From Eledone cirrhosa (Eukaryota): DNA of 64,000 bases. This document shows, piece by piece, positions 44,494-59,667 of this stretch (its first letter is position 1; the number at the start of each line of letters is the position of its first letter). The translations under genes and the position numbers were made by a program. The stretch covers positions 31,372,001 through 31,436,000 of the forward strand of contig OZ024756.1 in the NCBI GenBank assembly GCA_964016885.1, read 5' to 3'. Under the pieces are notes generated by a model. It saw only the letters and a list, made by a program, of their open reading frames with translations, had not been told where the DNA came from and did not search any database.

Positions 44494-44619
44494 GCACTGG
44501 TTGATTGATTGACATGTGCTTATATATATATAGTTATAATAATAACCGGTTTCTACATTTATAACTTTGAAAACAATCCTTTAAACCTTTCCAAAGTTGG
44601 TCCTATTGTAAAATAGCTG

Positions 44620-44650
<31 letters not shown>

Positions 44651-45330
44651 AATATAAACGTAAGTATGTAAGTATATGTATATATATATATATTTACTTA
44701 CGTGCATACATATTTCATATAAATGCATATATATGCGTGAGTATGTTTGCTTCTGTGTCTGTGTGTTTGAGCGTTTATGTGTATGACCATATGTGTGTAT
44801 GTGTGTGTTTATGAGCGCGTGTGTGTATGTGGAGGTGTATGTATGCATGTATGTGTATGTCCTTGTGTGTATGTGTGTGTTTTTTCAAGAACTGATGATA
44901 TGAGAATTGAGTAAAGCGGCTTTTATTTTGATTCTTTCATTGGGATTTTTATTTCTATTTTTTTACATTTGTCATCTAATTATGTGCTTACTTGCTATTA
45001 CTTCGTTTGTATGGGGCTTATTCTAAAGTAATGATTGATTTTCATACTCATTCTACTGTCAATTAAATCAGCTTCTACCTTTTGATCTTAAGTTTCCGAC
45101 TGCATGTCTCTAAATTTACTACTTAGATTGATTCAATGGGAAATAAGTCAGCGCAATGAAAATTACAAATACAACAGTGAAAACTAGTGACAATAGTTTG
45201 CATTCTTTCCCCTATATTTCATATTTCGAAGCTAGAATTTCCTTTTTCAAAAAAAAGAAACAAAATAGTGGTGTGGTCTGATGTGGGCCAGGATATTCTA
45301 AATTTTTTTTTTTTTTTTTTACCCTTCAAA

Positions 45331-45615
45331 ACGATGTCATATCTCCGAAATATCATGGAATATAAAGTAAATGTGTAAACTGTTAAAATCTTTCTTTCCT
45401 TTTGAAAAAGATGTACTATGTCCGAAATATCATGGAATATAAATTAATTGTGTAAACTGTTAAAATATGTCTTTCCTTTTGAAAAAGATGTACTATGTAC
45501 GAAATATCATGGAATATAAATTAATTGTGTAAACTGTTAAAATCGTTCTTTCCATTTGAAAAAGAGGTACTATCTCCGAAACCTCGTGGAATATAAGGTA
45601 AATATGTAAACTGTT
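45331..45615. repeat. 77-bp minisatellite, ~3.6 copies
   Basis: CCGAAATATCATGGAATATAAA-like motif recurs at 45345, 45422, 45499 and 45576. Confidence 0.9.
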
Positions 45616-46152
45616 GTATTATTTTGTCCTTTTTTTTCTTACACTACCTTACTCTAGTTTTCATTCTTATATTTCTAATTTGCATTGCTGGACCTTTCCT
45701 AAAACAACCATAATCAAAATACTTCAAATTAACTAACACTGCTTTATACATCATAAAATCACATTTTTTTTTTTTATTATTCTTTCCTCTATTATTAACC
45801 ACCATCTTAGATACTTAAATTTTACGTTCATTTATTTTTATTTACTAATAATATTATCGTTTCGTACTTTGTAGCCATATTTTGTTGTTGTTGTTTTCTC
45901 TTTTAGTATTGACTTACATATATAAAGAGTCATTAATATGTATGTTCAATCAGTCGTAACACTGAACAAATAGGATAATGTATTGGAACAGTATTAATAT
46001 GTGTAAAGGTACCTTGATTTTATATATGGTGATTGTAGTAATGATGGTGATGGTTATGGTTATGTTGAGGAGTGGGGGGAGAAGGAGAAAGAGGATGATG
46101 ATGATGATGATGATAAGGACGTAGATGAAGATGATGACAATGATGATGAGTG

Positions 46153-46200
<48 letters not shown>

Positions 46201-46467
46201 GGAGGAGGAGGAGGATGAGGAGGAGGAGGAGGAGGGAGAACATGGTGGTAGGGGTGATTGTGATGATAATGATGATGATTTGAATAATAATACCAACAAC
46301 AACAATAACCACAACAACAACCACAACCACAACAACAAGAATGACGTATGACGTGAAAATGTAAAAGGTTGTTTTTTTTTAATGTATGCAAACAAATCAA
46401 AATTTAAATGAGAAAAAGAAAATTAAAAAAAAAAAACTATGAAAAACTTGAGAAGCTAAAATTTAAG

Positions 46468-46770
46468 CCAGACAAAACTAAAATATATTGCAAGACAAAA
46501 CTAAAAGATAAAACACATGAAAACAAAACTAAAAAAATACTGCAAGACAAAACTACAAGATAAAGCACATGAAAACAAAACTCAAAAGATACTGCGAGGC
46601 AAAACTAAAAGATAAAAACAAGAGAGAGAAAACTAAGTGATAAACACAAGACAAAACTATAAGATAATGCCAGACGTAAAAGATGAAAACAAGACAAAAC
46701 TGGATGATGAATGCAAGACAAGACAAAACTAAACGATGAAAAAAAATAAGACCAAACTAAATGATAAAGC
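46468..46770. repeat. degenerate ~21-bp A-rich tandem repeat
   Basis: Recurring AAGACAAAACTAAAAGATAAA-like unit. Confidence 0.7.
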
Positions 46771-47186
46771 AGACATTTTGTCATTGTCGTTTTGTTTGTT
46801 TGTTGTTTTTGTTGTCCTCCATATTAATGAAGTTTTTAAGAAATTATTAAAGGCAAACAAAAAGAAAGTAAATATCTTTAAATAGATTGAAAATGTTTCC
46901 TTTGAAATTGAAATTTCACATATTGCGTCTTCTTATAATAACGATGACATCATCATTATCATCATAAGGAAGAAGAAGAAGAAGAAGAAGAAGAAGAAGA
47001 AGAAGAAGAAGAAGAAGAAGAAGAAGAAGAAGAAGAAGAAGAAGAAGAAGAAGAAGAAGAAGAAGAAGAAGAAGAAGAAGAAGAAGAAGAAGACCAACAA
47101 CGACAACAACAACAACAGCAACAACAACAACAAGAAAAAGAAGAAATAAAAGAAAAACAATAACAACAACAATAATGATGATAATA

Positions 47187-47965
47187 ATGTTTCTACTTTT
47201 GGCACAAGGTCAGCAATTACCCCAGTGTATTACTGGTACTTTATTGTATCGACCCCCGTAAGGATGAAAGACAAAGTTAACCGGATTTGAACTCAGAACG
47301 TAAAGGGACATAACTCCATACTGCAAACCATGGCGTCTGACGCTCTTAACAGTTACCATGTTATGTCGCCGTAAATGTTGTTTGGGTAATATTTTGTTGC
47401 TTATGGTTGCTGTTGTTGTTAGTATTATTATTGTTGTTGATTGGCAGTATCGGTAGAGAGTCGGACGCCATGCTTTGACGCATAGAGTTACGGCCCTTGC
47501 CATTCTGAGTTCAAATCCTCTCGAGGTTAGCTTTGCCTTTCATCCTTACGGGGGGGTCGATAAAATAAAGTACCAGTAACGTACTGGGGCCGATTTAATC
47601 GACTTTCCCCTCGCCCCAAATTACTGGTCCTGTGCCTGGTGGATTGGCAGTATCGGTAGAGGGTCGGGCACCATGATTTGACGCATAGAGTTACGGCCCT
47701 TGCCATTCTGAGTTCAAATCCCGCCGAGGTTAACTTTTCCTTTCATCCTTACGGGGGGTCGATAAAATAATGGGCAGTATCGGTAGAGGGTCGGGCACCA
47801 TGATTTGACGCATAGAGTTACGGCCCTAGTCATTCTGAGTTCAAATCCCGCCGAGGTTAACTTTGCCTTTCATCCTTACAGGAGGGGGGGGGCGATAAAA
47901 TAAAGTACCAGTAATGTACTGGGATAATTGCTGGCCTTGTGCCAAAAGTAGAAACAATTATTATT
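47187..47965. mobile_element. Deu/Nin-like SINE cluster: one minus copy (47187-47345) and three tandem plus copies (47441-47965)
   Basis: GGCAGTATCGGTAGAG heads, GAGTTCAAATCC B box, GCCTTTCATCCTTACGGGG..GTCGATAAAATAAAGTACCAG core. Confidence 0.9.
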
Positions 47966-48119
47966 GTCGTTGATATTGTTGTTGTTGTTAGCGTGGCTCT
48001 TGCTGTTGTTGGTGTTGCTGTCGTTCTTGTTGTTGTTGATGTTGCTGTTATTGGTGAGGTTCATTTGTTCTTTTTGCTTTTGCTGCCGTTCCAGTTGTTA
48101 TAGATGTGCTTAGCCTTTA

Positions 48120-48505
48120 TGTTGTTGCTGTTCTTCTTGCTCTGGTTACTGATGTTGTCATAGTTGTTGTTGTTACTGTTGCTGTTATTGATGTTGTTGT
48201 TACTGTTGTTGTTGTTGGTGGTGGTGGTGGTGGCGTTACTGTTGTTGTTATTGTTGCTGTTATTATGGTTGTTGTTGGTGGTGGTGGTGTTACTTTTGTT
48301 GTTGCTGTTGGTAATGGTGTCACTGTTGTTGTTATTGTTGTTGTTGTTGTCGTTGTTGTTGTTGGTGGTAGTGGTGGTGGTGGTGGTGGTGGTGGTGGTG
48401 GTGGCGTGACTGCTGTTGTTATTGTTGCTGTTGTTATTGTTGTTGTTGGTGGTGGTGTTACTTTTGTTGTTGTTGTTGGTAACGGTGTCACTGATGTTGT
48501 TATTG

Positions 48506-48537
<32 letters not shown>

Positions 48538-50025
48538 GGTGGTGGTGGTGGTGGTGGTGTTGGTGGTGGCGTTACTGTTGTTGTTATTGTTGTTGTTGGT
48601 GGTGGTGTTACTTTTCTTGTTGGTAATGGTGTCACTTAGTTGTTACATTTGTTACTGTTATTGCTGTTGTTACTGTTATTGTTGTTGTTGTTGTTGTTAT
48701 AGTTGTTACTGTTTTTACTGCTGCTGTTGTTGTTGTTCCAGTCGATGTTTTTCTTTTCACCGCCCTCAGCCTGGTGCTCCTCTCCCCTCTTCCGTTTCCA
48801 TCCATGTTAGTTTTGTTTTTGTTTGTTTGTTTGTTTGTTTGTTTTTTCCATAATATTTTATTTTGGAAAACAAAATTATCCAACACTTTGCTTAGTGTTT
48901 GTTGTGTTGTTCTTGGCAGATCAAGAAAGGAAACGAAGTGAATAAAGTAAAAGAAAAAATATTATAACTAGACACATTAAACCACCATCTCCACTACCTC
49001 CACCACTACATCATCACTACCACCAACACGACCACCACCGTCACCACCACCACCACCACCATCACCACCACCACCACCACCACCTCCATCACTACCGCCA
49101 CCACCACCACTCCATCATCACTACCACCAACACCACCACTTCGACCACCACCATCACCACCATCATCACTACATCATCACTACCACCAACACCTCCACCA
49201 CGACTACCACCGTCACCACCACCACCACCATCACCACCATCACCACCACCTCCATCACTACCGCCACCGCCACCACCTCCATCACTACCACCACCACCAC
49301 CACTCCATCATCACTACCACCAACACCACCTCTTCGACCACCACCATCACCACCGTCATCACTACATCATCACTACCACAAACACCACCAACATCATCAC
49401 CACCGTCACCATCACCACCACCACCACCACCACCTCCAACACTACATCATCACTACCACCAACACCACCAACACCACCAACACCACCATCACTCCATCAT
49501 CATCACATTCACCATCACCATCACATTCACCATTATCATCATCATCATCATCATCATCATCGCCGTCATCATCATCATTACTATCACCATCATTGTCATC
49601 TTCATCATTACCAATATCATCATCATCATCATTATCATCATCACCATTATCATCACAAATATCATCATCATCGTTAACACCATCTTCATCACCATAAGGA
49701 TTATCATTATCATCATCACCATCATCATCCTCATCATCATCATCACCATCATCCTCGTCATCAACACCTTCTTCATCATCATCATCATCATCATTACAAC
49801 GACGAAAGTTACCAAGGGGACGTCTTCATCTTCAATATCATCAGCAGCAGCAACAGAAACCACGGCAGTAGCACCCTTAAAAACCTTATCATCGAAAATC
49901 ACATGGAAAATAACAACAACAGCAACAACAAAAATAACAATAATATAAAGAAGAAGAAGAAGAAGAAGAAGAAGAAGAAGAAGAAGAAGAAGAAGAAGAA
50001 GAAGAAGAAGAAGAAGAAGAAGAAG

Positions 50026-50099
<74 letters not shown>

Positions 50100-50110
50100 C
50101 GACAACAAGA
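48120..50110. repeat. compound trinucleotide microsatellites (GTT/GGT, CAC, CAT, GAA, CAA)
   Basis: Direct inspection. Confidence 0.9.
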
Positions 50111-50425
50111 ACCACAAAGAAAAAAAGGACTACAACAACGACAAAGAAAGAAAGTTGACAAAAACGTCAATAAAACCATTAATGATATAAAAATAAGAAA
50201 AGCAAAACACTTCAATAAGAATAAAAGCAGAGACATCTCGTATTGTCTTGTATTCACGTCCATAATATCATTGATGAGATATTGAAGAGGGAAAATGTAT
50301 AGATTCTATAGATGAAGTGAAAAATTAATGAATAGACATTCAAGTATTACTCTGTATGATAAAGGAGAAGAAATGAAAAAATAATGAAATATAAACTAAA
50401 ACAAACGTAGAATAGTATAGAAAAA

Positions 50426-50499
<74 letters not shown>

Positions 50500-50576
50500 A
50501 TATGTATGTATATATATATATACACATATATATATATATATATGGGTGTGTGTGTTTATGCATATTTACAACACTA

Positions 50577-50773
50577 TAGGAAAAGAGTCAGGACCCCAAC
50601 GGGTGAGCTTCGGTCGTTTCGACAGCTAGATCTGTTCGGAACTAGCTGGCAAAACGGCCGGAGCTCAGCCGTCGAGGTCCTGACTCTTTTCCTGTTACCC
50701 ACTCTACTAGCCTAAGTGTCGAGTACTCTGGTACGTTATGGTCCACCTGGTTTCTTACCACACTTTCTTTGTT
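50577..50773 (+). mobile_element. diverged family A-like palindromic element
   Basis: Imperfect arms TAGGAAAAGAGTCAGGACC...GACAGCTAG / CTAGCTGGC...GGTCCTGACTCTTTTCCTG. The tail is homologous to 28753-28832. Confidence 0.75.
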
Positions 50774-50903
50774 ATATATATATATATATGTATGTATGTA
50801 TATTGTAAAAGGTAAACAGAAATAACGAAAATAACTAAACAAGAGACACAGTACATGGAAGGAATATATTAGTTTCAGACTTAAAATAGAAGCAGGGAGA
50901 GTG

Positions 50904-50939
50904 TCTTAACTTTTCGGACATTAGTCCGTCATCAGAAGA
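50904..50939 (-). ncRNA. minimal type I hammerhead motif (in element 50804-~51065)
   Basis: Minus strand TCTT CTGATGA C GGAC TAAT GTCC GAAA AG TT AAGA. The sister copy at 24341 has palindromic AACGTT in stem III. Confidence 0.75.
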
Positions 50940-51067
50940 TAGAGTTAGAAATAGAAGAATGGAAGATAAATATAAAGTAAAGAGAGGGTGATAAGAGGAA
51001 AGAACGTGGTAAATGAGAGAAAGAAATTGGCGAGAAAAAACACACGTGAGTATTCAGTCGACCATAT

Positions 51068-51133
<66 letters not shown>

Positions 51134-51208
51134 TTTAGTCCAGAATTAGCCGTCGAAAAGGGCTTGAGCTCAGCCGTCGGGATCCTACTCGTTCCTATAT
51201 ATATATAT

Positions 51209-51415
51209 CCAGGCAGTATAACACGGAGTTACTGTAGGTTTACCCGAGTGAGCATTCGATGTTTAGGTTCACGTCTGTATCGAGATTTAGAGCTAGACAG
51301 AGTTAAAACGAGAACGAGTGGTTACTCCTTCATTACGTTTATTGGTTGCTGACGCGCGTTTCGCACGGCACCAACCAATAAACGTAATGAAGGAGTAACC
51401 AATCGTCCTAGTTTT
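51209..51415 (-). mobile_element. palindromic Penelope-like 3' end with half hammerhead at apex
   Basis: 44-bp arms 51305-51348 / 51372-51415. On minus the spacer reads GTGCCGTGC GAAA CGCGCG TC, then AATAAA. The 3' end runs into (TA)n at 51208. Confidence 0.7.
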
Positions 51416-51422
51416 ATTATAA

Positions 51423-51515
51423 AGTTAACTTTGCCTTTCATCCTTACGGGGTCGATAAAATAAAGTACCAGTAATGTACTGGGTATTTACTGGCCTTGTG
51501 CCAAAAGTAGAAACA

Positions 51516-51518
<3 letters not shown>
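51423..51518 (+). mobile_element. 5'-truncated Deu/Nin-like SINE
   Basis: Core and 3' end GCCAAAAGTAGAAACAATT. Confidence 0.85.
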
Positions 51519-51585
<67 letters not shown>

Positions 51586-51765
51586 TAAACGGAATAGAAA
51601 ATGCTGACAAATTGTTCGCAGTGAAAAATAGTTTAATTAGGAATAAGTGAGAATTAGTAATAGTATTGGTTAGTATTCAGTTTTGGTTTTAAGTTTTACC
51701 GGTTGCGCATTTCTAATGCTTTTCAAAATTAATTTTGAGATAGAGCGTCCGTGATGTTTGCTCTG

Positions 51766-51868
<103 letters not shown>

Positions 51869-52352
51869 TGCGGTGCTGAGACCCAGGAGGCCACTAATCA
51901 TGCGAGTACTCGATGCAGAATGGGTATAGAGCTATGTAAAATCACGACCTTTGCTCAAACTTGTTTCGGCTAGTCTGTTCAGCCTTCTTTTTTTTTTTTT
52001 TTTTTTTTTTTTCGTCTTCTTCATTCTTCTTTTTTATTCATTTCCTCTTCTTTTTCACCTTCTTCCTCCTCTTCATCTTCTTCGTCTATTTCTTTTCCTT
52101 ATTTTTCTTCTTCGTCTATATTCTTATTCTTCTCCTCTCCTTCCTTCTCCTTCCCTCTTTTTTATTATTTATTCTTGATCTCATCTCTTTGAACCACTTC
52201 ATAGGTTCCTTCAGCCTTGTTTCATTGAACAGTATAGAAAGCCAGGGTATTAATATTCGATAGCCATTTCTTCGATCACTTAAGCCCAATATGTCACAAA
52301 ACCACATTTTCTCGCCATTGTTGTTCAATTGTAGATTTTAAAAGAGAAATAA

Positions 52353-52419
<67 letters not shown>

Positions 52420-52599
52420 AATATATATACATACATACATTCATATATATATATATATATATATATACCCATTTTTTAATGAAGAGAATTTTTTTTAAAA
52501 AATAGTCTTAAACATATACAAAATGTAAGTACAAAACTCACAATGAATATACATACACTCATATATATATACATATATATATACGTATATATATCTATA

Positions 52600-52635
<36 letters not shown>

Positions 52636-52636
52636 C

Positions 52637-52681
<45 letters not shown>

Positions 52682-52701
52682 CGTATACGTATATATATAT
52701 G

Positions 52702-52935
<234 letters not shown>

Positions 52936-53516
52936 TTTATGCGTGCAACAACAATAAAATAAAATCGATATGTCATTCAAAAGAGCTTATTGCTTTAGCC
53001 CGTGGGTGATATTAGGGTTTATACAATATTCAAAGATGTTACAATAGCAAATTGAATCAGAAGAAGGAGAAACTTCGCTCTGCAATAAATTCACCAGTTC
53101 AAAAAAAGGAATAAAAATACGAAGAATTTAATACTCAAACACTTTCAATTCCATTTACGTGATATATACATTTCTACTCCAAGATGGTGTGGGCCTATTA
53201 TTCTTTCAACGCCTCTCTCACTCATCTCTAATTTCTCTTGCTTTATTTCTCCTTTTCTCTCTCTCTCTTCTTCTTCTTCTTCTTCTTCTTCTTCTCTCTC
53301 TCTCTTTCTCCTCTCTCCGTTGTTTCTTCTTTCTTTCTTGCTCCTTCTCACTCATTCTCGTTATCCACTGTCACTTGGCACAGCTCACCCATAATCATAC
53401 TCACACACACACATAAACATTAAATATATATATATATATAGAGAGAGAGAGGGAGAGAGAGATAGAGGGATAGAGAGGGGGGGAGAGAAAGAGAGAGGGA
53501 GACAGTTAGACAGATC

Positions 53517-53566
<50 letters not shown>

Positions 53567-53577
53567 CGCATATATTT

Positions 53578-53625
<48 letters not shown>

Positions 53626-53634
53626 TTATATATA

Positions 53635-53760
<126 letters not shown>

Positions 53761-53960
53761 CATACATATATATAACCACATGCCTACTTCATAAAGTTTT
53801 TATCACATAAGATCTGCATATATATAAACTATGCATATATGTGACTGTGAATGTGTTTATACTTGTGTATATATACATATATACATACACACACACGCGC
53901 GCGCGCATATATATACATATATATATACACATATATATATATATATGTATGTATGTATGT

Positions 53961-54025
<65 letters not shown>

Positions 54026-54526
54026 TATACATACGTATAGACATATAGTTACTCCATTCACGCCAACCTCTTATTGCGAACGAATGTATATAGGTTATAT
54101 TCGAATATTTTGAAAGCCCCTTAGCACATGAGGTGAAGTGGTAGCTCTCGAATGAATAAACACTTTGATAACAATGAACGGTTTGAACGATAAAACGCTA
54201 TCTGAGAAATTCAAGTTTAAGGAGATGGCTTCTATAAAATATCATATGTGTATCTGCATATGTATATATAAGTATGTCTATATTATAATATGAATGTATC
54301 TATGTATGTATTTACGTATATGTAATAAAATAAAAGACTCATACGTTTCTAAAAGCCGACACAAATGGCAAAGAATAAGAAATAAAACAAAGCAATTTAA
54401 TGTTTTACTCAGTATATTTCAGAACTTATACCCCCTTTTAAAATGCGGAGCAGAAACGGTTCAAGACAAAAACGAAGGATCAATGGGTTCTTCCTTAACT
54501 GGCCTACGTGTCTGAAATACTCATAC

Positions 54527-54706
54527 GTGAAGTCGTTATAGTAGAGAGTCGGACGCCATGTTTTGCAACATAGAGTTATGTCCCTTTTCGTTTCTGAGTT
54601 CAAATCCGGCCGAGGTTAACTTTGCCTTTCATCCTTACGGGGTCTATAAGATAAAGTACCAGTAATGCACTGGGTTAATTGCTGGCCTTGTGCCAAAAAT
54701 AGAAAC
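54527..54706 (+). mobile_element. Deu/Nin-like SINE
   Basis: B box GAGTTCAAATCC, core and 3' end as in the other copies. Confidence 0.85.
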
Positions 54707-54714
54707 AGTTATAG

Positions 54715-55140
54715 TATCCGCTTCGTATATTTCCAATCTATTATATATCTGTGGTTTTTCTGTTTGATGATAACGGCCTCTTTGATTCTCCAATTACCCA
54801 CATTCCTTTCCGTCTTCCTCTATGATGACATCAATGTCTTGGCTGCGGCATCTGTGAGGATGGGTTTTTTTACAGAAGATCTCGTCATCATGTGCTCCTT
54901 GATCCGTATGTGCAACATCCGGACGGTACTTCCAATATACGAGAAACTACATTTTTTTATGGGCAACCTTATCGTTGTTGATGGGACAATGGCTCGTCTG
55001 ATGGTAGTTGTCGTTTTCTCATAGAAATGTGGCAGCTTTAGGTAGCATATGTTACCTCTAAGCACGTGTTTTTCTCGTTAATTTAAATTTCAGTGTTTGG
55101 TGAGAGAAATAGGGTAGCCGTACTGATATATTTGTCGCTA
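54715..55140 (-). pseudogene. Penelope-like element GIY-YIG endonuclease fragment
   Basis: ORF 54820-55065 contains CSFSYIGSTVRMLHIRIKEH (YIG.T.R.L..R..EH). Past the stop the frame reads WRIKEAVII (conserved Glu). Stops and frameshifts present. Confidence 0.78.
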
Positions 55141-55938
55141 CCCTCTCTGCAATTGTGTTGCATATCCGGGAGATTACACACACACACACACAAACAAACA
55201 AACATATAAGATGACTGACTAGAATTTTCTCCTAGCTACTCTGTTTTTAACTTTAATATATAAATATATTGTAACTGGCAGATAGTATAAGTAATAGGAA
55301 TATCAATGGAAACATTATTTCCTTGGTCCGATCTGACGATCAGCTCCTTTAAGTTTTTCAATATAAACTTCCCACGAGGCTAATCTGAAATTGTTAAACC
55401 AGAACGACGTGGTTAGATGTTATAAAACGATCGTCTTAACCAGATTTAATTACACAGCCATGCCTACGTCCGATAATTTGAAAAAGCGCCAGCCTCAAGT
55501 CACCACCATTGATATATTTACAATAAGGGCATATTTGTTAGAAAATAGGTATATCCAGAAATAGTTTTGAACAAAGATCGATAATCGGAATGAAATATTT
55601 CAACTACTTGTGCAATTAAACTATCGGATTCAATGGTACTTCGGTTCTTTTAATCTCCTTCTATGGAGAGCATTCTGGGAGTTTGCAGCACCAGTCCAAC
55701 TTTTCGCATGAATTTGAAGAATCATAATGATAGCTAGGAGAGATTTATCACCACTTGTAGCGGACTAAAAACTATACTTTGCCGCTAATTAAGAAATCAA
55801 TATCCTAAATACAGAATTGATTGAAACTGAGAAAGACCGCTTATTATGTAAGTAGGGATTGATTTGGTATTACGAAAGGAGATAAATTATTTCTGAGACA
55901 AAGAGTTGCTTCTGGTGTTATTATTATCCGTTAGGGTA

Positions 55939-56665
55939 GGGCGGTGGATTGGCAGTATCGGTAGAGGGTCGGACGCCATGCTTTGCGATCTAAGTTCAAA
56001 TCCCGCCGAGGTTAACTTTTCCTTTCATCGTTACGGAGTCGATACAATAAAGTACCAGTAATGTACTGAGTAATTGCTGGCCTTGTGCCTATACTAGAAA
56101 TCATTATTATTATTGGCGGTGGATTGGTAGTATAGGTATAGCGTCAGACGCCATGCTTTGCAGCGTAGAGTTACGGCCCTTTATGATCTGCGTTCAAATC
56201 CCGACGAGGTTAACTTTGCCTTCATCGTTACGGGTTCGATAACATAAAGTACCAGTAACATACTGGAGTCAAATTAGCCAACTTTCCCCTCCCCGCTAAA
56301 TTACTGACCTTGTGCCTATATTGGCAGTTTCGGTAGAGGGTCGGACGCCATGCTTTCCAGCATAGTTACGTCCCTTTACGATCTGAGTTCAAATCCCGCC
56401 GAGGTTGACTTTGCCTTTCATCCTTACGGGGTCGATAAAATAAAGTACCAGTAATGCACTGGCTAATTGCTGGCCTTGTGCCTAAAGTTGAAACCATTAT
56501 TATCCTTTAGGGCGGTGGGTTTGCAAAGTTGGTACCACGTCGGACACTATTGCCTTTTATCAACCCTGGGTCGAGAAAGTAAAGTACCAAGCAAACACTA
56601 ATATCGATTGAATTGATTTTCCTCTCAACAAATAGATGGCTTTGTGGTTAAATTAGATACTCTTA
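55939..56665 (+). mobile_element. tandem array of four Deu/Nin-like SINE copies
   Basis: Heads near 55940, 56115, 56321 and 56510, with (ATT)n tails. Confidence 0.9.
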
Positions 56666-56890
56666 TTATGAGAGTGATTGATTTGTAGAATAGTTAGTGC
56701 GTCAACTTTTTTTTCCACTGTGGTGGTGGTGGTAGTAGTAGTAGTGGTGGTGGTGGTGGTGGTGGTGGTGGTGGTGGTGGTGGTGGTGGTGGTGGTGGTG
56801 GCGGTGGTGGTGGTAGTGGTGGTGGTGGTGGTGGTGGTGGTGGTGGTGGTGGTGGTGGTGGTGGTGGTGGTGGTGGTGGTGGTGATGGTG

Positions 56891-56951
<61 letters not shown>

Positions 56952-56956
56952 GGGGT

Positions 56957-57024
<68 letters not shown>

Positions 57025-57596
57025 CTGCTGGTAGCGGTGCTGGTGCTGGTGCCGGTGGTGCTGGTGGTGGTGGTGGTGGTGTTGATGGTGATGTTAGTGG
57101 TGTTGGTATTGGTGGTGGTGGTGGTGCTGGTGGTGCTGCTTGTGGTGGTGGTGGTGGTGGTGGTGGTGGTGGTGGTGTTGGTGTTGGTGTTGGTGCTGGT
57201 AGTGGTGCTGATGGTGGTGGTGTTGCTGGTGGTGGTGGTGGTGGTGGTGGTGGAGTTGGTGTTGGTTTGGTGCTTGACCATAGACAAACACTAATAAATA
57301 GTTTAAGCTACGTTTTGGAGAATTTTGTGGCAAATGTATTACTAAAAAGAAGGGTTTCTAGTTTGGCGCTTCAACCCACATCTTTTTCCAACACGGACTT
57401 GAAGGTAACAACCTTGGATTTCTACGTGGATGGGGTCAGATCCCAAACTACTTCATAGACACGTAGTCATCGTACTGCCAGTCAGATATATTGTAGATAT
57501 ATAGTCATTCACTCGTTGGATGTATTATTTAACCAACAACGCTTTAGTACAGGGAATGCGATATAAAATCAATGATTTCGCAAATATCTATATGTA

Positions 57597-57649
<53 letters not shown>

Positions 57650-57728
57650 ATCTATATATATATATATATATATAAATGACAGGTATAGAGATTGTTTTAG
57701 CGAGAAGCTATATATATATATATGTATA

Positions 57729-57840
<112 letters not shown>

Positions 57841-57880
57841 TGTATATATGTATATATGTATGTATGTTTGTATGTTTGTA

Positions 57881-57927
<47 letters not shown>

Positions 57928-58081
57928 AATATGATATATTACGACCTCAACCTCGTCAAAGTAACCCCGACATCTCTCTACTTATGTACTGACACTTCAT
58001 GTAAATATATATACATATACACATACACATATATACGTGTATCTATACATATATATGTATGTGTATACATATATATACACA

Positions 58082-58159
<78 letters not shown>

Positions 58160-58170
58160 TATACATATAT

Positions 58171-58268
<98 letters not shown>

Positions 58269-58456
58269 CGAACTTCCCACTCCTTTGACATTTGTGTCTG
58301 AGGTATGATATCCCTGTTTAGATTTTATAGTATACATTACATCACACAAGGTACATGTATATATACAACTATATACAAACACATACATACATACATACAT
58401 ATATATATACCACCTCCTCACCACCATATATATATATATATATATAAATATATATA

Positions 58457-58581
58457 ACGAAAGAATTGGGGTAAGGAACCAGATGGACCATAACGCACCA
58501 GAGTACTCAATACTTAGGGTAGTAGAGTGGGTAATAGGAAAAAGTATGACTCCGACGGCAGAGCTTAAGCCGTTTCGACGG

Positions 58582-58585
<4 letters not shown>
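58457..58585 (-). mobile_element. family A element copy
   Basis: Reverse complement of ~28702-28832. Confidence 0.85.
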
Positions 58586-58647
<62 letters not shown>

Positions 58648-59011
58648 TGGTGAGGAAGAGCTATAAAGTTCTATGTAAACGTGTGGGAAAGCTGCACGGT
58701 GTTTTGATGTAGATTTTAAAGTTAAAACAAGAAAGTTGAAAGATTATCACCAAAACGAATTCAAAGACGACAAAGAATAGAGAAAATAAAAAAATATTAA
58801 TAAATAAATATAAATATAAAAGTAAAACAATCAAACAATATGACTTGATAGAAGACAAAGGAATTACGTAAACACCCCGAAAACACTCTTATATAACCAT
58901 ACATACACGCATGCACTTATAAACATGAATACATATATAGATGTATATACATGCACACACTAACACGTAAACTCAAGTATGCAAGTACAAGCACCCGAAC
59001 ACAGAAACACG

Positions 59012-59180
<169 letters not shown>

Positions 59181-59248
59181 ATATATATATATGTATATAT
59201 ATGTATATATATATTTATATATATATATAAATATTTATATGTATATAA

Positions 59249-59279
<31 letters not shown>

Positions 59280-59301
59280 AATATGTGTGTGTGTGTATAA
59301 A

Positions 59302-59355
<54 letters not shown>

Positions 59356-59476
59356 GCACTCAAACACATATATCGATAGACACAGATATTGTATATAATC
59401 TACATCTACTCACACAGAAAAAACCCCACACATACACCCACAATCACATATCCTTTGACAGAGACACACTCACACT

Positions 59477-59559
<83 letters not shown>

Positions 59560-59635
59560 CTACCTCAATCAGGCTAACACATCAACTCAGTCACATGAAA
59601 ATCGATGTGTTGCATGAAAAAATTAATAACGGGGG

Positions 59636-59636
<1 letters not shown>

Positions 59637-59667
<31 letters not shown>

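Noticed and set aside
45331-45615. CRISPR-like regular repeats (also 3480-3946)
   Set aside because: Units are contiguous with no unique spacers, there are no cas genes, and the context is eukaryotic.
55333-55400. CTGACGA ... GAAA as an HHR
   Set aside because: CTGACGA lies in a SINE body where other copies read TTGACG/TCGACG, and stems I and II are unconvincing.
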